Source: a virus. Taken from it: DNA of 63,421 bases. The DNA is taken from IMG/VR virus record IMGVR_UViG_3300020187_000029; one strand, written 5' to 3'. This document shows positions 51,247 through 60,578 of the stretch, one piece after another. Both the position numbers and the translations under genes were made by a program. The notes below the pieces were generated by a model. That model was not told where the DNA came from, ran no database searches, and saw only the letters and a list, made by a program, of their open reading frames with translations. How positions within the stretch are numbered: the stretch's first letter is position 1; each line of letters opens with the position of its first letter.

Positions 51247-51630
51247 TTAAAACGGTAGATCAGGACCATCTTGTTTACCATTAACAAAGTTTTCAACCTT
51301 CTGCTCATGAGAATTAGACTTTCCGTTTGGAATGTTTCCATCGGCATAAGTAATTTTCCATGCGTTAGCATTAGCAGTCCTCAACTCTCCGTTACGATCT
51401 CTGTAACTTCTAAGGTTAATAGAAACCAATACTTCGTCTCCGCTTTTGTAAGCACTAAACAAGTTTGCCTTGGCACCAATTGCTTCAACAGGATAGTCTA
51501 CAGGATACTGACTATCAGCACCTAATTCAACTGTTAATACTCTTTTTTCAATCTCTCCTTTTTGAGTTTGAATGGTTTGTGCATCAGAGATGTTTTTGAT
51601 ACGACCTTGTAATTCTAATGAATTGCTCAT
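51247..51630 (-). CDS. ssb: Single-stranded DNA-binding protein
   Basis: OB-fold-sized N-terminal part with an acidic C-terminal tip ...DGPDLPF (the SSB D-D-D-I-P-F type). Confidence 0.6.
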   Translation of the reverse strand: MSNSLELQGRIKNISDAQTIQTQKGEIEKRVLTVELGADSQYPVDYPVEAIGAKANLFSAYKSGDEVLVSINLRSYRDRNGELRTANANAWKITYADGNIPNGKSNSHEQKVENFVNGKQDGPDLPF

Positions 51631-51648
51631 AATTAAATAATTAAACTG

Positions 51649-51885
51649 TTATATATATTCAGAGGTTTCGCAACCTCTCGCCTCCAAATATTGCAGGACT
51701 TCATTAACCACTTCATTTATATGGTCAATTTCTTTTATTAAAGAGTCATCTAACTCTTTGAGTTTTTTTACTTCTTCTTTTGTGTTTGTAACAGATACAA
51801 TTTCTACGTGTGCATGATTGTGATCTGTTAGAAGTTTATCTATCTTAGGTATTCTAATCTTATAGTTTACAGGCATTTCTTGCAT
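51649..51885 (-). CDS. Hypothetical protein (78 aa)
   Basis: ORF. Confidence 0.55.
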   Translation of the reverse strand: MQEMPVNYKIRIPKIDKLLTDHNHAHVEIVSVTNTKEEVKKLKELDDSLIKEIDHINEVVNEVLQYLEARGCETSEYI

Positions 51886-51886
51886 C

Positions 51887-52258
51887 TTATGGGGTATTAA
51901 TAATTTTATTACTTACTAGCATTTGTATTAATTCCATCATGTCTTCTTTATACAAGATGCAATACTCTTTACCTCCTGGTGCTTTATGAAAAACAATTGG
52001 CACATCTGTTGGCTGTACAACCATGTCTGCTAACACCTTTTTGTACTGTGGGTTTCTTTTATAACATTTTGCCTGGACTACAAAATCTCCTGTGTTCATT
52101 AGATCAATTCCACGATCATCTAACATTTTAGATCCATACCTTGAGGTAACGCAATCCGTAAATCCTAATTCTTTAAAGTCTTTGACTAATTGTCTTTCGT
52201 AATTGTGTCCTTTGTTTCTGTTAGTGTTTGCCATATTTATTAAAATCTTTGTAGACAT
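51887..52258 (-). CDS. PD-(D/E)xK nuclease, Holliday-junction-resolvase-like
   Basis: KGHNYERQLVKDF ... DDRGIDL ... VVQAKC motif order. An alternative start is MANTN at 52234. Confidence 0.5.
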   Translation of the reverse strand: MSTKILINMANTNRNKGHNYERQLVKDFKELGFTDCVTSRYGSKMLDDRGIDLMNTGDFVVQAKCYKRNPQYKKVLADMVVQPTDVPIVFHKAPGGKEYCILYKEDMMELIQMLVSNKIINTP

Positions 52259-52544
52259 ATACCATTTTGTTTTTTACAAAACTTTTTATGTCGTTGTATT
52301 CTGCGGTTTTGTGAAAACCTTTATGTACTAAATAATAATCTTCTCCATGTGCATTGGGTCTGATAAAATATTCTTCTTTTCCTGGTACAATCTCATCTAT
52401 ATTAGCCAATCGCAAAAATTCACCATTATCGAAAATTTTATGTACACCTATCTTACTGCCCCATTTATTTGTTTCCCAAACAATTTTATGAAGGTTTTGA
52501 TTACTGTCCTTTAAACTTTGGGAATTGCCCATTCGATGTCTCAT
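52221..52544 (-). CDS. Hypothetical protein (up to 107 aa)
   Basis: ORF; the start is uncertain because it overlaps the helicase 3' end. Confidence 0.5.
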   Translation of the reverse strand: MRHRMGNSQSLKDSNQNLHKIVWETNKWGSKIGVHKIFDNGEFLRLANIDEIVPGKEEYFIRPNAHGEDYYLVHKGFHKTAEYNDIKSFVKNKMVYVYKDFNKYGKH

Positions 52545-54225
52545 ATTGATCTTCGTTATGCTCTGTATAGCATGTTGTTGTTAAATTATATTTGAACTCT
52601 TGCATTCCTGTCTTACCTGTAAATCTCCATCTGACTTTCCATATGTGAACCTCAACGAGTTCTTTTTCAAAATCTCTATAAACGGTAATACCATTGTCTA
52701 CTTTATTAAAGAAGTGGGAAGAGCCACTTACGCTGTAACCTGAAGCGACCTCAACCTTCCCATTTTCTTTTTTTAGTTTTTGTGGGTGAGCCACTAACAC
52801 TACACCACAATCATATGACTCTTTAAATATTTTAATTTTTGACAATTGCATTCCTGTGTATTGGTGCTCGTTCATTCCTCGTTCTATCTTATGTTCTACG
52901 AATGCCCAATTATCAATTATCAAACAATTAATTCCTAACTTCTTAACTAACTCTTTCCCTTTGTTTAATATTCCATCTACTGTAAGATCATTGTCTTTAA
53001 GATTTATAAAAAAGAAATGATTGTTTATGAAATCAATAGCGGGATCTAGTTCTTCAGGCTGAAGATTATCTACAGATCCTTTACCAAATCTTTTACCCGC
53101 ATACTTTTCAATAAGTTCAGCAACATGAACTTTAATTGGCTGCTTTTCAGCAGAAAATATTCCAAACTTCCATCCCTTCTTAGCGAGTTCTATAGCAACC
53201 TGATCAACAAAACTTGATTTACCATGCCCAGGAACTCCTGTAACAAGAGTAAATTCGCTTGGCCTCCAGGACATTAATTCATCAAACTTTGGATATCCTA
53301 TAGTATCACCTTTAGGCATACCATAGTTATATAAGTTGTGAATTTCTGATCGAGAATCTGATGCTTTACTTACACCTTCTAGTGGAAAGGGTTTTGCTTC
53401 ATCAATACATTTAACTAATACTTCTGATCCATGATTAAGTAAAACATCATTGGCATCCTTACATCCCTCGGGAAAATTTACTAACCATACTCTTTCTTTC
53501 CCTAACCTTCTCGATAATTCATCTCTTAATTTAATTCCTGGTGCATCATTATCTAAAGCCAGGTATATTTTCTCCTTATTTTCAAACTCATCAATACTAT
53601 TATCTAAGTAAGTTAGGTTTTGATTACCTGTAGATGCTCCGTTTGGAACAGAACAAGCAAACATAAGTTTACCTTGCTGTAGACCCGCCTCATAAAATGC
53701 CATTGCATCAAACTCTCCTTCCGTTATAACACACCATGAAGCGGGTTTAATAAGATCTAAACCATACATGATCATCTCAGACCCTTTGTTGAGTTTAAAG
53801 TTCTTCTGTGAGTCTCTAAATTTTACATTAATTCTTCGGCCTTTTCTTATGTAGTTAAATTGTATTACAGGTCTTTCAGCGGAAACCTGTGGCATCCACT
53901 CTACACCTTCAGTAACTCCAAAATATTCTATTGTGCTATTGTTTATACCTCTGTCTTTGAAAAACTTTAAAACTTTATCGCTTAGTGAAGATGATTTTAC
54001 AACAGGCAATTCATATTCTGACTCGTACTCTGCAACAGATCCATTTTCTCCACAGTGATGGCAGTAATAAGTACCTGTCTCTACCCAAACTCTTAGGCAT
54101 TTTTCATTCTTATTCTTTTTCCTTGTGTGAGAACACTTAGGACATTTAGTCTTCTGTGGCTCAGAGTTACTATTTCCATTGACTTCAATGCCAAGATCTT
54201 GCAGTTTAGATAAATTATCACTCAT
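52501..54225 (-). CDS. Bifunctional DNA primase-helicase (T7 gp4-like)
   Basis: Zinc ribbon CPKC..CHHC, TOPRIM ITEGEFDAMAF / LDNDAPG, and P-loop GVPGHGKSSF. Confidence 0.8.
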   Translation of the reverse strand: MSDNLSKLQDLGIEVNGNSNSEPQKTKCPKCSHTRKKNKNEKCLRVWVETGTYYCHHCGENGSVAEYESEYELPVVKSSSLSDKVLKFFKDRGINNSTIEYFGVTEGVEWMPQVSAERPVIQFNYIRKGRRINVKFRDSQKNFKLNKGSEMIMYGLDLIKPASWCVITEGEFDAMAFYEAGLQQGKLMFACSVPNGASTGNQNLTYLDNSIDEFENKEKIYLALDNDAPGIKLRDELSRRLGKERVWLVNFPEGCKDANDVLLNHGSEVLVKCIDEAKPFPLEGVSKASDSRSEIHNLYNYGMPKGDTIGYPKFDELMSWRPSEFTLVTGVPGHGKSSFVDQVAIELAKKGWKFGIFSAEKQPIKVHVAELIEKYAGKRFGKGSVDNLQPEELDPAIDFINNHFFFINLKDNDLTVDGILNKGKELVKKLGINCLIIDNWAFVEHKIERGMNEHQYTGMQLSKIKIFKESYDCGVVLVAHPQKLKKENGKVEVASGYSVSGSSHFFNKVDNGITVYRDFEKELVEVHIWKVRWRFTGKTGMQEFKYNLTTTCYTEHNEDQYETSNGQFPKFKGQ

Positions 54226-54836
54226 ATTATTGCTATGTTTTTTCTGTTGGGGGTGACCTTATTCATTGTCTCCCACTCTTTATATTGTATTAGGTACTTC
54301 TCTACGAATTTGTTTCCAAAAATTACTTCAGGAGTAACAGAGGATTGATACTTTTCACTCCAATTCTCTTTACACCAAACAAACACATCTACCATTTGGG
54401 ATCCTGTGATCAATTCCCCATCAAACTTTTTAGATAAAATGCTTTTAAATCTTTTCTCGTATGTTCTTGGGTTGTATTTATGTTTAAACCTCTCGTTTAA
54501 ATATGTTATAACTTCACTGCATACCTTTTGATATTCAAGAGATATTGTTTGATTGCCATCTGCAACAGCAACATTAAACCACAGCGGAGTAGTTCTAAAT
54601 TTTGGATGTGCTTTTGTCCCTATATTTTCAACAGTACCTTTTTCTGAAAGTTCTGTCATATATCTACTCATTGTCCTGGAGGACGAGTTAAGTTCTTCTG
54701 CTAGATCCGTTAATGTTTTATCACAATACCCATCAACTGATGTGTACTTGTATATTAGATCACACAACATGTATGCTAGAGGAGAAATGTCGTGCTTTCT
54801 CAACACCTCATATATAATTGTTGTTGATCTTATCAT
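54222..54836 (-). CDS. HTH DNA-binding protein, possible replication initiator/organizer
   Basis: LTDLAEELNSSSRTMSRYMTELSEKG is a helix-turn-helix-like segment. Lies upstream of the primase-helicase. Confidence 0.4.
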   Translation of the reverse strand: MIRSTTIIYEVLRKHDISPLAYMLCDLIYKYTSVDGYCDKTLTDLAEELNSSSRTMSRYMTELSEKGTVENIGTKAHPKFRTTPLWFNVAVADGNQTISLEYQKVCSEVITYLNERFKHKYNPRTYEKRFKSILSKKFDGELITGSQMVDVFVWCKENWSEKYQSSVTPEVIFGNKFVEKYLIQYKEWETMNKVTPNRKNIAII

Positions 54837-55093
54837 TTTAATAATATTTTATGATAAAATAATGTTGGATTTTTCTTGTTTCTATGTGACTCAATCTTAC
54901 ATTCAAGTGTAACTATTTCGCCAATTTTAAAATCTACTGTTTTTGCTATGGTACCATCCCAACAGTTAATGGCTATGTGAGAATCTTCCAAAGTTTTGAG
55001 CCACATTGTTACAAAAGAATGATCTTCATTTCCTGATTCAACTATCTTTGGTTTTGATATGTATTTTACTTGCCCTAATACAGTTACATTCAT
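54833..55093 (-). CDS. Hypothetical protein (86 aa)
   Basis: ORF with a 4-nt overlap. Confidence 0.55.
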   Translation of the reverse strand: MNVTVLGQVKYISKPKIVESGNEDHSFVTMWLKTLEDSHIAINCWDGTIAKTVDFKIGEIVTLECKIESHRNKKNPTLFYHKILLK

Positions 55094-55455
55094 TTTATTT
55101 TTTCTTTAATTATATCCTTAAGAGACACTGATTTTTGGTGCTCTAGTCTGATATGGTTTAGTATTAGGTTTGTTTTGACAAAAAAACCTCTAGTAGTTAC
55201 ACTTGGATCCTTTGTGTTGAAGTAGTTATCAAGTATTGACAAAAACTTTTCTTCAAGAAATTCCACATGATCCATTGGCTCACTTAAAAACTCTTGTACT
55301 TCTGTTTTGGAAAAATTAAACATCCTAGAAACTCCAACAAAAATGCAAAGGCCAAAATAAGAGTTGCCTTCCAGGACAGGATCCACTTCTAAAGTGTGTT
55401 GATTTTTAACTGCTAAGTTGTTTAGTATGCCCTTCTTTATATCTAATAATTTCAT
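55090..55455 (-). CDS. Hypothetical protein (121 aa)
   Basis: ORF. Confidence 0.55.
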   Translation of the reverse strand: MKLLDIKKGILNNLAVKNQHTLEVDPVLEGNSYFGLCIFVGVSRMFNFSKTEVQEFLSEPMDHVEFLEEKFLSILDNYFNTKDPSVTTRGFFVKTNLILNHIRLEHQKSVSLKDIIKEKIK

Positions 55456-55456
55456 T

Positions 55457-56482
55457 TTAAAAATTTAATAATTTCACGTCCTTGTATCTTACGTTAAAGG
55501 TCTTTCCCCAAACGATCTTACCACTATCACCAAAGTCTACTTCCTGTGCTCCACGATGTAATAGGATTTGTTTTATTTGCTGCATTGCTAACTGTTTACC
55601 CGCTTTAGCAACCTTTTCATCTTCCCTAAAATTTATATATTGCTTTGTCAGTTCAGTGATTTCATCATTAGAATCAATCTTAACTCTGTCAAGCATTGCC
55701 TTATGTTTGAATGATAAAAATTGATCTAAATCTACTTTGTATTGATCTTCAACATCAGGCTCTAGATGTGATACGAGTCTGTATGCATCGTTTGTGTTTC
55801 CTTGAACACCTTCAATATCAATAATTCCTCTTGCTTCCTGGACGCTATTGTAAAACTTCTCACCTTCAATAAGTATAGTTTCCTGTATATTCTGATTTGC
55901 TTCTACAGTAAATACATCCATATGTCTACCATCTTTTAAAAAAGCGAACTGTCCATAATCGTATCCCAGGACTAACATGTATAATTGGATTTGTGCTATG
56001 TAATAAGGAGGTATCCCGCCTTCCCATTTATCTGCATTGTATCCTGAAATGGTTTTAATTTCTAATACTCCTCTTCCTGGTATTTCATCATGACTTGTTA
56101 TTTGTCTATCAATATTTGCAAACAAAAAAGGATACTTCTCATTGATAAAAATAGAATTACGTCTAATTGATTTCCTTAATTTAGTTTTGCTTTGATAATT
56201 ATTTATCATTTCAATTGGATCTCCTGTCCAATATTGCCATAGATCTGCAACGTAATCTTCTAAAAGTCTTCCATGAAACATAATCTCATTGTCAATGTTT
56301 TTCATGTTGGCTGTTCCGACAGATTGATTCCATCTTGTTATTTTAGAAGTCCAGGGATTAAGTCCTAACAATGTTGATGCATCTGATCCTCCGACCATTC
56401 CTTTGTAGACTAAAGTTTTTCTTAAATCAACCCACTCTTCGTAAGTTAGGTTTGCTGTTGGTATTCTAGTTATTTTGCTCAT
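55457..56482 (-). CDS. YqaJ-like (lambda-Exo-type) recombination exonuclease
   Basis: GGSDASTLLGLNPW..., GVLEIKT, and YYIAQIQLYMLVLG motifs. Confidence 0.7.
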   Translation of the reverse strand: MSKITRIPTANLTYEEWVDLRKTLVYKGMVGGSDASTLLGLNPWTSKITRWNQSVGTANMKNIDNEIMFHGRLLEDYVADLWQYWTGDPIEMINNYQSKTKLRKSIRRNSIFINEKYPFLFANIDRQITSHDEIPGRGVLEIKTISGYNADKWEGGIPPYYIAQIQLYMLVLGYDYGQFAFLKDGRHMDVFTVEANQNIQETILIEGEKFYNSVQEARGIIDIEGVQGNTNDAYRLVSHLEPDVEDQYKVDLDQFLSFKHKAMLDRVKIDSNDEITELTKQYINFREDEKVAKAGKQLAMQQIKQILLHRGAQEVDFGDSGKIVWGKTFNVRYKDVKLLNF

Positions 56483-56631
56483 ATTTTACAGTTTTTTTTT
56501 AATGCTTCTCTGATTAATTGAGAGATGTTTTTTCTCTCTAAATCGCATGCTGAATGCAGTTTGTTAACTTCACTTGGGGTAAGTCTGAATGTAATTCTAG
56601 TGGACAGTTTCTCTGTAATTCCTCTTTCCAT
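56479..56631 (-). CDS. Ribbon-helix-helix (CopG/Arc-like) protein (50 aa)
   Basis: Hand-translated codon by codon: MERGITEKLSTRITFRLTPSEVNKLHSACDLERKNISQLIREALKKNCKI. Its stop overlaps the ATG of the exonuclease. Confidence 0.55.
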   Translation of the reverse strand: MERGITEKLSTRITFRLTPSEVNKLHSACDLERKNISQLIREALKKNCKI

Positions 56632-56647
56632 TTGTCGTTTTTAAAGA

Positions 56648-56708
56648 AAGGGAGGACACGTAAAGACAGTGGTTGACTTCACAGGTTGTTGTTGGTTTGC
56701 GTCCTCCC
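56648..56708 (-). terminator. Long hairpin (9-bp GC-rich stem, 43-nt loop) followed by a U-rich run; terminator or attenuator candidate
   Basis: AGGGAGGAC / GTCCTCCCT inverted repeat, then UUCUUU on the minus strand. Confidence 0.4.
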
Positions 56709-56714
56709 TCTAAA

Positions 56715-57248
56715 TTATTTGCTTGCTTGTGCTATGGCCTTCTTAGATTTTTCAGCATTAATTAAAGACTTCAATTCCTTAATTTGCTCGGCAGAAAGTA
56801 GAGATTTGTTTGCGGGGATACGTTTCTCTACAGCGTTATAGTCTACCGTTATGTATGATAACATCGATTGATAAATTTCAGATCCGTTTGATGCTTTGAC
56901 TCTTTGAAGTTCTTTGGCCTCGTCTTCGTCCATAATAGAGTCTTCACCACTATCAACTATTCCTAAAATGAATAGTGCACGATTTAATGCTCCTGATTGG
57001 CATTTTTGAAAAGAGAATGGCTCGTTTGTTCTCTTGTGTGCTACACCATCAGCGACCATTACTCTGTCCTGGTTGTAGACTTTACCTATCATAACGATAA
57101 TACTATCGTTCATCTCAATGATCTCAGTTTCAAGTGTGTATCCTTCATTTCGGAAATAGTCGTTGAAATAATTCAATCTTTCAATCCAAGGTACAATATT
57201 TACTCCTCTACCTATTGATGTTTTTTTTAGTTTTCGCTTCAGTTTCAT
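56715..57248 (-). CDS. Rad52/Sak-like single-strand annealing protein
   Basis: QKCQSGALNRALFILGI resembles the Rad52-family ..SDALKRA..FGIG motif. It is paired with the YqaJ exonuclease. Confidence 0.45.
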   Translation of the reverse strand: MKLKRKLKKTSIGRGVNIVPWIERLNYFNDYFRNEGYTLETEIIEMNDSIIVMIGKVYNQDRVMVADGVAHKRTNEPFSFQKCQSGALNRALFILGIVDSGEDSIMDEDEAKELQRVKASNGSEIYQSMLSYITVDYNAVEKRIPANKSLLSAEQIKELKSLINAEKSKKAIAQASK

Positions 57249-57465
57249 TTCTTGATGTTTGTTTTAGATTGTTTAAATAAAAGTTTACTATATAATATTT
57301 TCTTGCGTGAAATAATATTGATTCCCAATCAAATACCCATCCTCTAATTCTTCTTTCCATGCATATATCTTCATGATATGTGAGCATGAATAATTTGAAA
57401 TCTCTTAGAGAAAATCTTTTTCGATCATGAATAATTTCCTTGTTGTCGTAGTCAAATCTGACCAT
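57208..57465 (-). CDS. Hypothetical protein (85 aa)
   Basis: ORF. Confidence 0.5.
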   Translation of the reverse strand: MVRFDYDNKEIIHDRKRFSLRDFKLFMLTYHEDICMERRIRGWVFDWESILFHARKYYIVNFYLNNLKQTSRNETEAKTKKNINR

Positions 57466-57527
57466 GTGATATATGGGTATTTCATGTCGTGGTTATTTTC
57501 TATAAATGTATGACAAATAGTTTTAAA

Positions 57528-57545
57528 TTTGAACTAATGTTCAAA
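57528..57545 (-). terminator. Hairpin TTTGAAC-taat-GTTCAAA just downstream of the second recombinase gene
   Basis: 7-bp perfect arms followed by UUUAAAA on the minus strand. Confidence 0.3.
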
Positions 57546-57555
57546 CAAAATCATT

Positions 57556-58518
57556 TTATTTTATTAACATTTGATTGTGTATTCTTTTTTGTTTTTCTAT
57601 AGAGTCTGAGTTACTGTGCTTTACGTATCTATAAAATGCTTTTGAGCCGTTAGTGTGCCCGCTAATATTCCTGGCCTCGATCTCGCTAAGACCCTTGGAT
57701 AGTTGGTAAGTTATACCGCTTGCTCTTAGTTTGTGGGGAGTTATAAGATCAAACAAAAACTTTTCTTCATGCACAGGGTTACCGTTATGATCATAACTGT
57801 ACACTATTTTCTTTTTATGAAATTCATTATAAAACTTAAGCAGTTCTTTAAGTCTTACTCTAAAGTATTGTTGTGACTGAGAAAAGGATCCCTTGCCCTC
57901 CAGGAATTTTAAAACATCATCAGGTAAGTAAAAAGAAGATATTGATCCTACTCCTTTTTTAGTAATTATCGTAACAACACTGCCATCTGAAGAGGCCTGG
58001 AAGTTTACCAGGTCACTTACTCTCATGCAAGAGTATAGCATAAGCCTGGTGTAGTACCATATATCCTGGAGTTCGATTCCTGGGTTGTTGTTATGTATAA
58101 GTTCTACTTGTGATGGCTCTAGAGCAATGACCTCCGTTTGAAGTTCCTTCATGCTCTGTAGTCCAGGAAACAGGTAACCATAATATGCTTCTGCTTTTTT
58201 AAGAGTTGTTCTTATTATTTTTAAATGTGTTTTCCTGGTGTTATGATGTTTGCAATCTTCTAGCATCATGTTGAGGTACTTATTTACGTGCGTCTGTAAA
58301 TTTCGGGTGACCTTCAATCTATCCTTTCTACTGTTTACGCTATTAAGATCTAAAGCATCTACATTAAAGTTATAATTGTATGCAGACATTTGATTGTATA
58401 CCTGTCTGTAGGAAGTTATAGTAAGGTTTGAAAATTTCTTTCCATAATTCAATATAGATCCATCCTCTAGTAAAGTAATGACTTGTTTCAGTAAGTGTAA
58501 AAAGGTTCCAGGCTTCAT
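57556..58518 (-). CDS. Tyrosine recombinase (second copy, short Xer/integrase-like)
   Basis: CMRVSDL (R), TPHKLRASGITY (HxxR) and SGHTNGSKAFYRYV (H...Y). Confidence 0.8.
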   Translation of the reverse strand: MKPGTFLHLLKQVITLLEDGSILNYGKKFSNLTITSYRQVYNQMSAYNYNFNVDALDLNSVNSRKDRLKVTRNLQTHVNKYLNMMLEDCKHHNTRKTHLKIIRTTLKKAEAYYGYLFPGLQSMKELQTEVIALEPSQVELIHNNNPGIELQDIWYYTRLMLYSCMRVSDLVNFQASSDGSVVTIITKKGVGSISSFYLPDDVLKFLEGKGSFSQSQQYFRVRLKELLKFYNEFHKKKIVYSYDHNGNPVHEEKFLFDLITPHKLRASGITYQLSKGLSEIEARNISGHTNGSKAFYRYVKHSNSDSIEKQKRIHNQMLIK

Positions 58519-58558
58519 AAAAGTTCTTTAAAGTTAGTAAGATGGTTTTGTACTATAG

Positions 58559-58813
58559 TTAATCGTTGATGATGTCTATTATCTCATCAGCAACCTTACC
58601 GTAATAGTCTATTATTTTGCAAGACTCTTCAAAAAATAAAGGAGATGCTCCTGTCTTCTTTTGATTTAGAGTGCTCTTCTTTTTTTTGGTACCGTAAACA
58701 TATTCGCAAACCTCGGTGGTCGGTAGATGGGTGAGTTGCAGCAGATTGTACGCTGTCTTTTTAAACCTTTCATGGGATCTATATTTGATCCTTAAATTTT
58801 TTTCAGTTTTCAT
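58559..58813 (-). CDS. Hypothetical protein (84 aa)
   Basis: ORF. Confidence 0.55.
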   Translation of the reverse strand: MKTEKNLRIKYRSHERFKKTAYNLLQLTHLPTTEVCEYVYGTKKKKSTLNQKKTGASPLFFEESCKIIDYYGKVADEIIDIIND

Positions 58814-58840
58814 AATTATTAATATAATAGTTTTCAGTTG

Positions 58841-58868
58841 TAGACATACTTATTATGATGTATGTCTA
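58841..58868 (-). terminator. Hairpin TAGACATAC-(10 nt)-GTATGTCTA
   Basis: 9-bp perfect stem between two early genes. No U-tract, so it may be regulatory. Confidence 0.3.
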
Positions 58869-58876
58869 AGTCTAAG

Positions 58877-59422
58877 TTAAATATTCATATTCTTTTGTAC
58901 AAGTATATCGTGTAAAGTTTTTTGTAGATCAGATGAACACTTGTCGTCTCTTATAATATCGTGTATTAAAACATTGTCTATTGGTGACAACAGTTCATTG
59001 ATCTTCTCTGTTACTTTATATTGAAGAGATTTTAAAAGATGATCGTATTTTTTTTGAACGTCAAAGTTGTCATCTTTAAGATGTAAGTAGTCAACAATAA
59101 TATCTTGACTATCAATAATGTTGCTGTCAAATTCTATACTAGAGATCACATGCATCACAGCATTATAATTTCTTCTAAACTCTCTATCTGTTTCAAATAA
59201 GGCATCGAATTGCTTAAGTCCATGAAGCACTGATGCATGATTCTTATCAAAATACTTGGCTATTCTTGTGTATGTGATGTTTAGTAATTCTCTACATAAC
59301 TTGTATACAATTCTCCTGGCATCTACATTCTGTCTTACTCTATCCCTTGCCATTGGATCTGATTTTGTAACTACTTTTACTGCATCGCAGATAATACTTA
59401 TGTCGTGGTTTATTGTGTTCAT
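58877..59422 (-). CDS. DnaA domain-IV-like HTH protein
   Basis: VDARRIVYKLCRELLNITYTRIAKYFDKNHASVLHGLKQF parallels the DnaA C-terminal pattern (ARQIAMYL.REL...IG..F.RDHTTVLHA.KKI). Confidence 0.45.
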   Translation of the reverse strand: MNTINHDISIICDAVKVVTKSDPMARDRVRQNVDARRIVYKLCRELLNITYTRIAKYFDKNHASVLHGLKQFDALFETDREFRRNYNAVMHVISSIEFDSNIIDSQDIIVDYLHLKDDNFDVQKKYDHLLKSLQYKVTEKINELLSPIDNVLIHDIIRDDKCSSDLQKTLHDILVQKNMNI

Positions 59423-59427
59423 TTGTT

Positions 59428-59739
59428 TTACGCTGTTAGGGTTTGTGTAATGTTTTTTGCAATTTCATTTGATACATTCCATTGATCTGACCAATATTTT
59501 TTTGATTTATTAATAGATCCAATGGAATTTTTTGATACCTGGTACCTTGAGGGCACTGTATTAAAAATATTAATTACATATTCTCTGTAGGGTAGGTAAC
59601 AAGCACCTGTTACTAATGCTGCTTTACATTTTTTTGTAATTGAGCCTCCTGAATTCCATGCTGCTCCTGAATTGATAAGAGCCTGTAAGACATCGTATCC
59701 GAATTGTTTCTGTAACTCTCGTATTTTACGTTCGTTCAT
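59428..59739 (-). CDS. Hypothetical protein (103 aa)
   Basis: ORF. Confidence 0.55.
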   Translation of the reverse strand: MNERKIRELQKQFGYDVLQALINSGAAWNSGGSITKKCKAALVTGACYLPYREYVINIFNTVPSRYQVSKNSIGSINKSKKYWSDQWNVSNEIAKNITQTLTA

Positions 59740-59798
59740 GACTTTAGTTTTTTTTTTCAGTTAGTAGTTGCCTGTCTGACAGGTGCTAAATTAATGAT

Positions 59799-59990
59799 TT
59801 AATCTCTATTACCAAAATATTCTCTATCCGATTTTGAATCATCGTTCATATCTAAGCAATCCCAAAGCATCTGTTTCCCTTTTAAACTATGAAACATGTT
59901 GCTAATAAATTGTTCATCCGTTCCTTTTGGAAACATTGCTTTGATGTGATCCTTTAATTTTTGATCTTCTTCGCTTAGGTTATAATACAT
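59799..59990 (-). CDS. Hypothetical protein (63 aa)
   Basis: ORF. Confidence 0.5.
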   Translation of the reverse strand: MYYNLSEEDQKLKDHIKAMFPKGTDEQFISNMFHSLKGKQMLWDCLDMNDDSKSDREYFGNRD

Positions 59991-60216
59991 CTCTTTGTGC
60001 TTTTAAAAATTCTTTGTTCTCATCTTCTTCTTTAATTTTTACTACAGTATTCATGTAGTCTTTAGTTTCGTTTACCAAAACCTGAACCTGTTTAAGTTGC
60101 TCTGTAATCTCATCCAGGTAAGGAAGAGATCTAGTCGGATCGTATTTATATTTCCTGGAGATCGTATCTAAAATGTTTGTCTCTAAAAACTTTCCCATTT
60201 TTATATTAGTTCCCAT
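59980..60216 (-). CDS. Hypothetical protein (78 aa)
   Basis: ORF. Confidence 0.5.
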   Translation of the reverse strand: MGTNIKMGKFLETNILDTISRKYKYDPTRSLPYLDEITEQLKQVQVLVNETKDYMNTVVKIKEEDENKEFLKAQRDVL

Positions 60217-60218
60217 AG

Positions 60219-60578
60219 TTATGAATTAAGTTTTTTAAATTGTAGTGTTAAGTTATCCTTCCAATGATCCTTGTCGTTGAGGTATTCGTCTATAATCTTA
60301 TTGACTAAGGGCAATTCCTCTACACCTAAGCCCGCCAATTTGGTTACCAGGGAGTCAATATGATTTTGAATATTCATATAAAACTGCTCATCGTTTTTAG
60401 CAAACAGGTTTATATACTTTTCCAATTCTTTTTCCAATTCTTTTTCTGCAATTTTTACTTTATGCTTTAAAGAGTGTTTAAAGATCTTTGTTTCTTTTAC
60501 ATCATCTAATGCTTCTAACATTAGTTGGCCATAGATCACCGCCTTGGTGACGCTATAAAATGTTTGTTCTTTATTCAT
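60219..60578 (-). CDS. Hypothetical protein (119 aa)
   Basis: ORF. Confidence 0.55.
   Translation of the reverse strand: MNKEQTFYSVTKAVIYGQLMLEALDDVKETKIFKHSLKHKVKIAEKELEKELEKYINLFAKNDEQFYMNIQNHIDSLVTKLAGLGVEELPLVNKIIDEYLNDKDHWKDNLTLQFKKLNS

Noticed and set aside
58583-58590. CUGAUGAG on the minus strand inside CDS 58559-58813
   Set aside because: It lies in-frame in coding sequence (..ADEIIDII..). No stem II followed by GAAA and no stem III can be drawn downstream.
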